A stretch of DNA of 64,000 nt from an uncultured SAR86 cluster bacterium (GCA_902591925.1 CACJCN010000006.1:9919-73918), one strand, 5' to 3'; numbered from the stretch's first letter, positions 8,086 to 17,142 are shown. Program-made: numbers and translations. The notes: generated by a model not told the origin, from the sequence alone.

Positions 8086-9933
8086 CTAATTGTTATCAAT
8101 TGCAGATAAAGACGCTAATGCAACTCCAAGATTACCTAAAATAGATACATATGCTTGAGTTGCAAGCCTTCTTGATGCAGAGTTATCAATTTTTCTAGGT
8201 ACAAAAATTACTGATCCTGGATACATTTTGAGATCTCGAGGCTGATTTGCAAATAAGTTTCTTTGTTTTGAATATCTCTGTGTTTCACCGTTTGGATGAA
8301 GTATATAAATAGATTCCTTGTCAGCTAATCTCTTATAACCACCAGATTTTTCTACAAAATAATCAACACCTCTATTTGATGAAAAAGATACCGCACCCTC
8401 TGAAGAAACTTCTCCGTATACAAAAACACTATTTGTTTTTTCTGGAACAATTAAGGAATCTCCTTCACGTATATTTATAAAATTCTCACTTTCTTCACTC
8501 AATAAATCTATAACAATTCTGCCACTAGGAGAAGAATTTTTTATTTCCTCAGTTAATCTTACAATCGGCATTAAATCAGCATTCTGTCCAATGTTTAATT
8601 GACTAATAAGAATAATGTTATCGAGGAACTCCTCGTATAATAATTCTTGAGCTTTTTCATTAATTAATTTTGCATCATTATTTTCATAAACAGCCCCAAA
8701 AGGATAGGCATTTTCAGTAAATCCTCCAGCTTTTTTAACTAAATCTTCAATTGTTTCTCCTGCAGCCATTATATATTTACCTGGTTTATAAACAGCACCT
8801 GTAATTGAAGCAGTTCTGTATGAAAATTCTCTAATATAAATTAAATCTCCATCAATGGGTTTGATAGATTCAAACTGAGAAACATTTGTTATAGGTATTG
8901 ATCTAAGACTACCATCTAATATCCTTTCTAATGAAATGTTTTGAAGATCTGCTGTTTGTTTGATTCCATTTGAATATTTTACAATACTATCTAAAAATTG
9001 ATCTTCAGAAATTTCGTACTTTGCTGGTCTTTTAACTGCGCCATTGATTGTGATAACTCCTTTTCTGGCTTCAACAAAGACAACATCACCGGAACGAAGG
9101 CGTTTTTTTAATGAGTAATTTCCATCAATAAGTATGTCATACACATCCAAGGTATCAACTATCTTACCATTTCTTAGTAAATTTATTTCTCTGTAAGATC
9201 CAAATTCATTTACACCTCCAGCAGCATTCAAAGCATGTAATATGTTTGAGTTTCCAGTGAGAGTATAAACACCAGGATTTTCTGCATTACCGGATACTAA
9301 GATATTAACATCTCTTATTTTATCTAAGCTGATGTATGAATCAGTTTGAATGTATACAGAGTCAACAAAAGATTTCACAAGCGTGGAAGCTTCATCTAGA
9401 GTTAATCCAGCTAATGTTATTTTTCCAATATCTGGGATATTTATAGATCCATCTCCTTTGATAGTAAAAGTATCAAATAAATCTGATTCACCAATGAGTT
9501 GTATTCTTAAAATATCTCCGATATCCAGTGTGTAAGATGAATCAGGATTAGGCTCGTTTATTGGCATAAATGAAGTTTGAAATGTTTTGAAGAAGTCAGA
9601 TCCAAACAATTTAAGATCCTCAGAAATTTCGAGATTTTCGCTAGAATTAAGTCTTCTTTCAAGCTCCCTTAGATCATTCTCAAGTCTTGTCTTTAACTTA
9701 ATGAGTTCCTCTTGTTGCTCAAATTTGCTTGAGTAAAGTGTAGACCGATAATTGTTTTTAAGATCATCTATATTTTCATCTGCTCTATCCATTAGGTCAT
9801 CCTTTATATCCTCTGGAAGGCTATCTAGATATGATTCATCTAATTCTTGAGCATAAACAAAACTCAATGAAAACAAGAATATAAATGGTAAAAATTTTAA
9901 ACTATTCATAAATTTCTCTGGATTGAATAACAA
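8086..9933 (-). CDS. Polysaccharide export protein with multiple SLBB domains (KpsD/OtnA-like OPX)
   Basis: LFGSDFF, YTLDIGD Poly_export domain, repeated V.G.V..PG.Y SLBB units and a C-terminal amphipathic helix; no lipobox seen; true start may be MNSLKF (9909). Confidence 0.85.
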   Translation of the reverse strand: MLFNPEKFMNSLKFLPFIFLFSLSFVYAQELDESYLDSLPEDIKDDLMDRADENIDDLKNNYRSTLYSSKFEQQEELIKLKTRLENDLRELERRLNSSENLEISEDLKLFGSDFFKTFQTSFMPINEPNPDSSYTLDIGDILRIQLIGESDLFDTFTIKGDGSINIPDIGKITLAGLTLDEASTLVKSFVDSVYIQTDSYISLDKIRDVNILVSGNAENPGVYTLTGNSNILHALNAAGGVNEFGSYREINLLRNGKIVDTLDVYDILIDGNYSLKKRLRSGDVVFVEARKGVITINGAVKRPAKYEISEDQFLDSIVKYSNGIKQTADLQNISLERILDGSLRSIPITNVSQFESIKPIDGDLIYIREFSYRTASITGAVYKPGKYIMAAGETIEDLVKKAGGFTENAYPFGAVYENNDAKLINEKAQELLYEEFLDNIILISQLNIGQNADLMPIVRLTEEIKNSSPSGRIVIDLLSEESENFINIREGDSLIVPEKTNSVFVYGEVSSEGAVSFSSNRGVDYFVEKSGGYKRLADKESIYILHPNGETQRYSKQRNLFANQPRDLKMYPGSVIFVPRKIDNSASRRLATQAYVSILGNLGVALASLSAIDNN

Positions 9934-10001
9934 TTATATATAAACTAGCTGGATTATATATAATTTTGTAAATCATTACATTTTTTAAAATAAAGAGTAT
10001 T

Positions 10002-11909
10002 TTAAATTTCTAGGCCGGGAATAGTTACAGAGTCAATTGATAAAGCTTTCTTAATAATCTCATCCATTACTTCATTTACGTCTTCATCTTTTATAGTATT
10101 GAATTTGGATTGAAAAATAAATCTTATTCCAACTTTGATTTCTTTTGCAATATCATTTTTGTAATAATCAAATATAAATACTTCTTTAAGCAAATCATTT
10201 TCAAAAGATAAAATTGCCTTTTCTAATATTTTGCAATTTGAAAATTTTTTTATTGAAAAAGATAAATCTCTTGTGGAACAAGGGAAATCTGATATTTGAA
10301 TATACTTCTTACTATTAATATCAAAACAAACAGGATAGTCATCAGCATATTTAGTTTTTAAGGATGAGTCTAATTCTATTTCAAGATAAAATATTTTATT
10401 TTTTGATTTTGAGTTAATTTTTTCCCTAGATATTTCAACTATTTCAACATCTTTGCCAAGATTTTCATAATTTAAAAAATTACTAAGATACTCTAGATCA
10501 ATTTTTTTATTAAATTCTTTGTAATTCTTTCCAATTCTCCCGCTTGCAATTATTCCAATAACTCTTTTTTGTAAATCAGAATTTTTAACGTAAATGTCTG
10601 CTATCTCAAATAGCTTGATTATATCTTTTTGCCTATTTTCATTATAGATAAGATCATCTATGAGAGAGTCAAGAAGATCAGTTCTTAAGAAGTTTTTATT
10701 TTTATCCAGAGGATTATCAATGACAAATGAATTCTTGTTTTTTTTTGATGAAAAGGGATTATTTATGACTTCATAAAAACCCTTATCTATTAGTAATTTT
10801 TTTAATTTATTTTCATTGTTATGATTATGTCCTTTTGTATCAATACTAATCTTAAAGTTTTTTGTATTTATGTTGTCATAGCCTATAGCTCTAGCAATTT
10901 CCTCAGATAGATCATTTATATTTGATATATCATTTCTATAAGAAGGAACTAAAACAGAATTATCTTTAAATATGAAACCTAGTTTTCTGAGATATTCTTT
11001 ACATTTGATATCATCTAAATTCACTCCAAGGATACTTTTGATTTTTTCTATGTCGAAAAAAATCTTTTTAGAATTATGAGTTTTTGATTCTGAAAATAAC
11101 TCAACATTAATTATTTTTGTATGATTTTCAACAATATTTAAAAATCTTCTTAAAACATAATCGTGATTATTTTTGTCGGTATTTCTCTCAAATTTATAGG
11201 CAGCATCTGAAGTAATATTGTATTTTATTGGCCTTCCGAGTATTGCTTCAGGTTCAAAATATGCGCATTCTAAGAGAACATGTTTTGTTTTTTTGTTACA
11301 AGATGTATTCTTTCCACCAACAATTCCAGCAAAATTAATAACCTCCATATTATTATCTAAAAATACTAATTCATTTTCATCAATACAAATTTTACTACCC
11401 AACAAGGTTTCAAATTCTACTTTCTTGCTTAAAAAGTCTAGTGTTATAGGATCTTTTATTTTTAGAAAATCATAACAATGAGTTGGTTGACCTGTTTCAT
11501 AAGAAATAAAATTTGAAATATCTGTAAAAAAATTGATTTTTTTAAGATTTAAATCAATGAAGTAACTTTTTAAATCACCTTTATAATTTGAAGGGATATC
11601 TTCAATCTCTAATTTTAAAAAAGAAATATTACTACAAACTTTTTTTGCATTGTTATTGAAGGATAAAGAATAAGTCCTGATTTCCGGTTCATATATATCT
11701 TTATTGATATCAATTTCGTAAAACAATCTTAAATCTCTTAACAATCCATCAAGAGAGATACAATCTCCTCTGTTAGGCGTAAGTTCAAAGTTAAAAATTT
11801 CATCAGATATTTCATGTTCATGACCAAGTTGGAAAAATCTTTCTGACAATTCATTTATACTTGGTTTTGATTGAATATTTTCAACAAAATGTTTATGTGG
11901 AATCTTCAT
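10002..11909 (-). CDS. pheT: Phenylalanine-tRNA ligase beta subunit (short, 635 aa)
   Basis: TPNRGDC, GQPTH, LECAYF, VPSYRND..DL.EEIAR and C-terminal RDLSF anticodon-binding domain; follows pheS. Confidence 0.93.
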   Translation of the reverse strand: MKIPHKHFVENIQSKPSINELSERFFQLGHEHEISDEIFNFELTPNRGDCISLDGLLRDLRLFYEIDINKDIYEPEIRTYSLSFNNNAKKVCSNISFLKLEIEDIPSNYKGDLKSYFIDLNLKKINFFTDISNFISYETGQPTHCYDFLKIKDPITLDFLSKKVEFETLLGSKICIDENELVFLDNNMEVINFAGIVGGKNTSCNKKTKHVLLECAYFEPEAILGRPIKYNITSDAAYKFERNTDKNNHDYVLRRFLNIVENHTKIINVELFSESKTHNSKKIFFDIEKIKSILGVNLDDIKCKEYLRKLGFIFKDNSVLVPSYRNDISNINDLSEEIARAIGYDNINTKNFKISIDTKGHNHNNENKLKKLLIDKGFYEVINNPFSSKKNKNSFVIDNPLDKNKNFLRTDLLDSLIDDLIYNENRQKDIIKLFEIADIYVKNSDLQKRVIGIIASGRIGKNYKEFNKKIDLEYLSNFLNYENLGKDVEIVEISREKINSKSKNKIFYLEIELDSSLKTKYADDYPVCFDINSKKYIQISDFPCSTRDLSFSIKKFSNCKILEKAILSFENDLLKEVFIFDYYKNDIAKEIKVGIRFIFQSKFNTIKDEDVNEVMDEIIKKALSIDSVTIPGLEI

Positions 11910-12631
11910 TTAAATTGATTCAAAAAGTCTAGATTAGATTTGTAAAAATCTCGGATATCATTTACTCCATATTTAAGCATCGCAATTCTCTCAATTCCTA
12001 ATCCAAATGCAAGCCCAGAAAAATTATTTGAATCAATATTGCAATTCTCTAAAACAGTTGGATTTACGATTCCGCATCCCAATATTTCAAGCCACTTACC
12101 CTCTTTAGACATAATATCAACCTCAGCAGAAGGCTCTGTAAACGGAAAATAAGATGGCCTAAATCTAATCTTAGTTTCTGAACCAAATAAAGCCTGAATA
12201 ATGTCAAAAATTAAGTGTTTAAGATTTGAAAAACTAACATTTTCATCTACATAAATACCTTCAACTTGATGAAACATAGGAAGATGAGTCGCATCATCAT
12301 CTTTTCTATAGACTTTTCCACCAGAAATAAATGCTAAAGGAGGTTTTCTTTTTAACATACCTCTTATTTGAACAGGTGAAGTATGAGTTCTTAGAACATT
12401 GGTCTTATTACTGATATAAAATGTATCATGCATTTGTCGAGCAGGATGAGATTTTTTAATATTTAACATATCAAAATTATATTCTTCTGTTTCAATCTCA
12501 GGCCCACTAATTATTTCAAAGCCAAATGATTGCAAAAGATCCATAATAGAATCTTTAACTTGATTAATTGGATGATATGAACCTTTTTCTTCTATAAGTC
12601 TTGGAGCACTATGATCTATGGAATCTGGCAT
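11906..12631 (-). CDS. pheS: Phenylalanine-tRNA ligase alpha subunit (short, 241 aa)
   Basis: HPARQMHDTF, LRTHTSPVQ, FRPSYFPFTEPS, EILGCG and FGLGIERIAML motifs. Confidence 0.95.
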   Translation of the reverse strand: MPDSIDHSAPRLIEEKGSYHPINQVKDSIMDLLQSFGFEIISGPEIETEEYNFDMLNIKKSHPARQMHDTFYISNKTNVLRTHTSPVQIRGMLKRKPPLAFISGGKVYRKDDDATHLPMFHQVEGIYVDENVSFSNLKHLIFDIIQALFGSETKIRFRPSYFPFTEPSAEVDIMSKEGKWLEILGCGIVNPTVLENCNIDSNNFSGLAFGLGIERIAMLKYGVNDIRDFYKSNLDFLNQFK

Positions 12632-12642
12632 AATACCAGCGG

Positions 12643-12990
12643 CTAACTTGTTGCTATTTTAACAACCTTTCTAAAAGTTGAGTTGTCTGAAATAGCTAGG
12701 TCAGAGAGAATTTTTCTATCAATAATAATATTCTTTTTATTCATTGAGTCAACAAGTTTTGAATATGATACGCCGGCTTCCCTAGAGCCAGCATTAATTC
12801 TAGATATCCATAATGATCTAAAAGACCTTTTTCTATTTTTTCTATCTCTGAATGCGTACTGAAGTGATTTAATTTGAGATTGTTTTGCAGTTTTAAAAAG
12901 TCTGCTTCTGGCTCCATAATGACCTTTTGTAGATTTTAAAACCTTTTGATGTTTCGCTTTAGCTGTGACAGATTTTGTTACTCTAGGCAT
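12643..12990 (-). CDS. rplT: 50S ribosomal protein L20
   Basis: MPRV..., RSFRSLWISRINA, IDRKILSDLA. Confidence 0.97.
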   Translation of the reverse strand: MPRVTKSVTAKAKHQKVLKSTKGHYGARSRLFKTAKQSQIKSLQYAFRDRKNRKRSFRSLWISRINAGSREAGVSYSKLVDSMNKKNIIIDRKILSDLAISDNSTFRKVVKIATS

Positions 12991-12995
12991 ATGCG

Positions 12996-13190
12996 TTACT
13001 CATTGATTAATTTGGAAGCCATTTTCAAAACTGTTCCTGATAATTTGTTCAGGCCTCTATTATGACGCTTACGTTTAGTGGACTGTTTAGTAAGAATATG
13101 ATTTCTATTTGCGCTTTTGCTTTTTATAGATTTGCCAGTTTTTTTAAAACGCTTAGCAGCCCCAGAATGTGTTTTTAATTTATATCCCAT
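12996..13190 (-). CDS. rpmI: 50S ribosomal protein L35
   Basis: [21 protein letters not shown]. Confidence 0.97.
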   Translation of the reverse strand: MGYKLKTHSGAAKRFKKTGKSIKSKSANRNHILTKQSTKRKRHNRGLNKLSGTVLKMASKLINE

Positions 13191-13204
13191 AACAATATTT
13201 AAAT

Positions 13205-13741
13205 CTACTTCTTTTTTAAAGGAGATAAAACCATTAACAGTTGCCTGCCTTCAAGAGATGGTTCCTGATCAACTTGAGCGATATCTGCAACCTCATCTCT
13301 TAACTTCTGTAACAATCCTAATCCCATATCACTATTTAAAATTTCTCTTCCTCTAAAACGGACGCTTATTTTAGTCTTATCTCCATCAAGAATAAAGCTT
13401 TTAATCTTCTTTAATTTAATATTGTAATCTCCAACATCTGTTGAAGGTCTAAATTTTATTTCTTTTGTATTACTTCTCTTAGATTTTACTCTTGATGAAC
13501 TATTACTTTTTTTCTTATTAAATAAGTGCTTGCCATAATCTAAAATCTTACAAACAACTACCTCAGAATCACTTGATGAAACTTGAACCAAATCAAGAGA
13601 GGCTTTGTTAGCAGTACTAATTGCTTCATTTAAAGGAACCATTCCTTGTTTCTCACCATTTTCATTAATTAGCATAACCACATCAGCTTTTATCTTTTCA
13701 TTAATGGGAGAGGATTTAGTCTTACGAGTAGCTATTTTGAT
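13205..13741 (-). CDS. infC: Translation initiation factor IF-3 (probable non-canonical ATC start at 13741, or ATA at 13735)
   Basis: [26 protein letters not shown]. The frame extends upstream of the called GTG (13681) through PINEKI to an in-frame TAA at 13750, with no ATG/GTG/TTG in between. Confidence 0.9.
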   Translation of the reverse strand: MKIATRKTKSSPINEKIKADVVMLINENGEKQGMVPLNEAISTANKASLDLVQVSSSDSEVVVCKILDYGKHLFNKKKSNSSSRVKSKRSNTKEIKFRPSTDVGDYNIKLKKIKSFILDGDKTKISVRFRGREILNSDMGLGLLQKLRDEVADIAQVDQEPSLEGRQLLMVLSPLKKK

Positions 13742-13858
13742 TACCTTTTACAAGAGAAAATGTTGAATAAGTGATTTCAATATTAAATAAGTGAGGATAA
13801 ATTACTAATCATAAGAATCAATTTTAAACCATTAATATAATTTCGTAAATAAATCCAA

Positions 13859-14455
13859 CTAAGGCTGCAAAAAATGACTTGTCCATTTTGAATCAGTTAA
13901 GTTAAAAACTTCTCTCTTATTAACTCTAGACTCATGACCCTCCCAAAATTCAAAAAAATATGGCTTAAAGCTGAATCCACCCCAATATTTTGGTCTATTA
14001 AGATGTTCATCTCGGTTTAGAGTCGTCAAAAAATTTTCATAAACTTTTTCATAGGAATCAATTTTTTCAGACTGCATTGAGGATATTGCTAGAGCATTTT
14101 TTTCTCTTTTTCTTAAATTAAAATGGTAATCATTAAACGCATCATCTTTCTTTGAAATTATTGCTCTCATTCTTATCTGAATATTGATTGAAGACCAAAA
14201 AATAACAGCTGTTATTTTATTATTCTTTTGAAATTGTTTTGATTTAGGAGAATTATAATTTGAGAAAAAAATAAACTCATCATTGTCAACATACTTAAGA
14301 TTTACAAATCTTGAATCGGGAATTTCTAAATCTGAACAATATGAACTGATCATTATTGCTTCAATATATTCTTGTTTATTCTTTTCAGCTTCTTTATAAA
14401 ATTTTAAGAATTTTAAGAATGGGGGTTCGTCATTATTGTTTATAAAATTTACCAA
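13859..14455 (-). CDS. pdxH: Pyridoxine/pyridoxamine 5'-phosphate oxidase-like FMN-binding protein
   Basis: SRFVNLK, FFSNYNSPKSKQ, IQIRM, RPKYWGGF and FEFWEG motifs. Confidence 0.75.
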   Translation of the reverse strand: MVNFINNNDEPPFLKFLKFYKEAEKNKQEYIEAIMISSYCSDLEIPDSRFVNLKYVDNDEFIFFSNYNSPKSKQFQKNNKITAVIFWSSINIQIRMRAIISKKDDAFNDYHFNLRKREKNALAISSMQSEKIDSYEKVYENFLTTLNRDEHLNRPKYWGGFSFKPYFFEFWEGHESRVNKREVFNLTDSKWTSHFLQP

Positions 14456-14457
14456 AT

Positions 14458-15243
14458 TTATTCTTCCTGATAATATCTAATTCTTTCAATGTCATCCTCA
14501 ATAGTTTGTTCACCATATTGGATCTCAATAATATGGCATGGTTCATCATATGGATTAATAATTTGATGCCATGACTTTTTTTTTATAAATAAACTATCTT
14601 CGATTTTTAAATTAATTTCTTTAAAATTTTCTGGTTCTTTTTCACTGTAATTAACAATACATTTACCTTTACTTACAAACCATATTTCACTTCTTTGAAA
14701 ATGCCTTTGAAAGCTTAGTCCCTTTTTTGGATATACAATTAATTCTTTAACTTTGACATTAATATCGCCTGTATCTTCGAAAAGGTTGAAAAACTTTCCC
14801 CATATTCTGTCTTCATTCGAATATTGCCAATCTTTTAGGATCCAGCTTGAAGAATTGATCTTATCTTTCCCTCCAACTCCGAAGGCAAAGTTAATTCCTT
14901 TTACTTTCATTTCTGGTATGTTTTCTTTATTTCTGTCTCCGCCATTACAAAAAATAATCTCTTCTCTAGGGTTGAGTTTTTTTATTTTTTCTAAAGCATT
15001 TATGCAGCTTCCAATTTCATCATCCTCAAAATCTATGACACTATCAATCATGTATAAATTCTCTAGAATGCTCTTTCTCTCATTAAAAGGCAGTAAAAAT
15101 TTTCCTTTCTTCTTTTTGAGCCAATCGTCACTATTCAAAGCAACATAAAGCTTATCTCCTAATTTATAAGCTTCTTTGAAATAAGAAATATGGCCGGAAT
15201 GAACAGGATCAAATCCTCCACTTACAACAACTATTTTCTTCAT
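14458..15243 (-). CDS. HIGH-class cytidylyl/adenylyltransferase fused to a cupin (mannose-6-phosphate isomerase-like) domain
   Basis: True start MKKIVVVSGGFDPVHSGH (15243); C-terminal RIWGKF, LSFQRHFQRSEIW, IEIQYG..EDDIER cupin. Confidence 0.8.
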   Translation of the reverse strand: MKKIVVVSGGFDPVHSGHISYFKEAYKLGDKLYVALNSDDWLKKKKGKFLLPFNERKSILENLYMIDSVIDFEDDEIGSCINALEKIKKLNPREEIIFCNGGDRNKENIPEMKVKGINFAFGVGGKDKINSSSWILKDWQYSNEDRIWGKFFNLFEDTGDINVKVKELIVYPKKGLSFQRHFQRSEIWFVSKGKCIVNYSEKEPENFKEINLKIEDSLFIKKKSWHQIINPYDEPCHIIEIQYGEQTIEDDIERIRYYQEE

Positions 15244-15329
15244 AATAATTTTTGGTTTGATTATATCATCAAGAAATAATAAAAAAATCAGATATATGGT
15301 AACCAAAAAAATTTTAATTAACTTATAAT

Positions 15330-16133
15330 TTGAGACCCTTGATAGAAAAAAACAAACAGTTAGTTTCAATTGTGATGCCTGCTTATAATTGCGAGGAGAA
15401 AATACATCACGCAATTGAATCAGTAAAATCACAAACATATTGTAATTGGGAGTTAATAATTGTTGATGATTGCTCTAAAGATGAAACATTAAGAGTAATA
15501 GAGAACTATGCTAACTCTGATAAGAGAATATTATCCCTTAAGAATATACGAAATAAGGGTGCTGCAGAGTCAAGAAATATTGCAACAGATAAAGCATTGG
15601 GACACTATATAGCTTTTTTAGATTCTGATGATTTATGGTCAAAAGATAAACTTTTGAATCAAATTACATTTATGGAGTCAAATAGTTACGATTTCACTTA
15701 TACATATTATGAGGTCAAAAAGGAAGACCAAAGAAAAAGGATAATTTATAAAGCTCCAAAAATTCTTAACAAAATTAAAATGTCTTTCATGTGTCCAATT
15801 GGTTGTCTTACAGTTATGTATAATGTAAAAAAAATTGGAAAAATATATGCTCCAAAACTCCAAAGAAGGAATGATTATATCTTATGGATTGAAATACTTA
15901 GAAAATCAAAATTGGCGTTTTGCTTAAATCAGAATTTAGCAACTTACAAAGTTAATAATGCTGGTTTATCATCAAGCAAACTACTTAATATCTATTATTA
16001 TTTCAAAGTTATAAAATTATCTTACAAATATTGGTATTTAATACTCCCATTAACTACACCAATATATTTATTGCTAATACTTATAAAAAAAACAACACCA
16101 GAATTTTATAATATCATTATAAAAAATTTATAA
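15330..16133 (+). CDS. Glycosyltransferase family 2
   Basis: VSIVMPAYN, IIVDDCSKD, AFLDSDD, RRNDYILW. Confidence 0.9.
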   Translation: MRPLIEKNKQLVSIVMPAYNCEEKIHHAIESVKSQTYCNWELIIVDDCSKDETLRVIENYANSDKRILSLKNIRNKGAAESRNIATDKALGHYIAFLDSDDLWSKDKLLNQITFMESNSYDFTYTYYEVKKEDQRKRIIYKAPKILNKIKMSFMCPIGCLTVMYNVKKIGKIYAPKLQRRNDYILWIEILRKSKLAFCLNQNLATYKVNNAGLSSSKLLNIYYYFKVIKLSYKYWYLILPLTTPIYLLLILIKKTTPEFYNIIIKNL

Positions 16134-16149
16134 ATATTGATTCTTGCAA

Positions 16150-17142
16150 TTATAAATACCATTTGATTGTTTCTATAATACCTTCTTCAAAATTTATTGA
16201 TGGGGACCATCCTAAATCATTTTGGATATTATTAATGTCAACTGCGTATCTAAAATCATGGCCCTGACGATCTTCGATGTGTTCAACTAGGTCAAGGTGA
16301 TTAAAATTAGTATCGAAATTTTCATTAAAAAATTTACATATCAAAGTTGCAACGTCAATATTTCTTAATTCGCAATTACCTCCAACATTGTAGGTTTGTC
16401 CAACTTCAGAACTTCTTATAATTAAATCTATTGCTTTACAATGATCATAAACATGCAACCAATCTCTTATATTGTTACCCTCCCCATATATAGGAATGAC
16501 TTTTTTATTTTTACAGGCATCAATAATTGTAGGTATAAATTTTTCTGAATGTTGATATGGTCCATAGTTGTTTGAGCAATTTGATATAGTTATTGGAAGT
16601 CCGTATGTCTCGTGCCATGCCCTAACAAGATGGTCTGATCCAGCTTTTGAGGCAGAGTATGGTGAATTGGGAAAATACTTATTAGTTTCTTTAAATTTGA
16701 AATCTTTTATCTTTAGGGATCCATAAACTTCATCGGTAGATATATGATGAAATCTATATTTTTTTTTAGAAGATGAGGACTGCAAATCCCAGCACGATTT
16801 TGCACATTCTAAAAGAGAATAGGTACCTAAAACATTTGTTTCAATAAATGTTCTTGGGTTATTTATAGATTTATCTACATGACTTTCAGCTGCAAAATTT
16901 ATAATCGTATCAATTTTATTATTTTTTATAATTAAATTTACTAAATTTTTGTCACAAATATCTCCTTTTATAAATTCATAATTTATCTTGTTATTTACTA
17001 ATTTTTTATTAGCAGCATATGTTTGGTTATCAATATTTATGATTGAGACATCATTATACTTTTCTAGAAAAAACTCGATAAAATTTGTTCCTATAAAGCC
17101 AAGTCCACCTGTAACAAGTATATTTAATGGTTTATATTTCAT
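16150..17142 (-). CDS. rmlB: dTDP-glucose 4,6-dehydratase
   Basis: GGLGFIG, NFAAESHVDKSI, HISTDEVYG, PYSASK, SNNYGPYQ. Confidence 0.95.
   Translation of the reverse strand: MKYKPLNILVTGGLGFIGTNFIEFFLEKYNDVSIINIDNQTYAANKKLVNNKINYEFIKGDICDKNLVNLIIKNNKIDTIINFAAESHVDKSINNPRTFIETNVLGTYSLLECAKSCWDLQSSSSKKKYRFHHISTDEVYGSLKIKDFKFKETNKYFPNSPYSASKAGSDHLVRAWHETYGLPITISNCSNNYGPYQHSEKFIPTIIDACKNKKVIPIYGEGNNIRDWLHVYDHCKAIDLIIRSSEVGQTYNVGGNCELRNIDVATLICKFFNENFDTNFNHLDLVEHIEDRQGHDFRYAVDINNIQNDLGWSPSINFEEGIIETIKWYL

Noticed and set aside
8086-8180. Resemblance between the SLBB C-terminal helix (RRLA...ALASLSAIDNN) and the adhesin segment (RLAA...AIASVTDD)
   Set aside because: Too short and compositionally biased to support homology by eye.
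15244-15438. 65-aa N-terminal extension of the nucleotidyltransferase-cupin ORF
   Set aside because: Overlaps the divergent GT2; the family motif starts at MKKIVV (15243).
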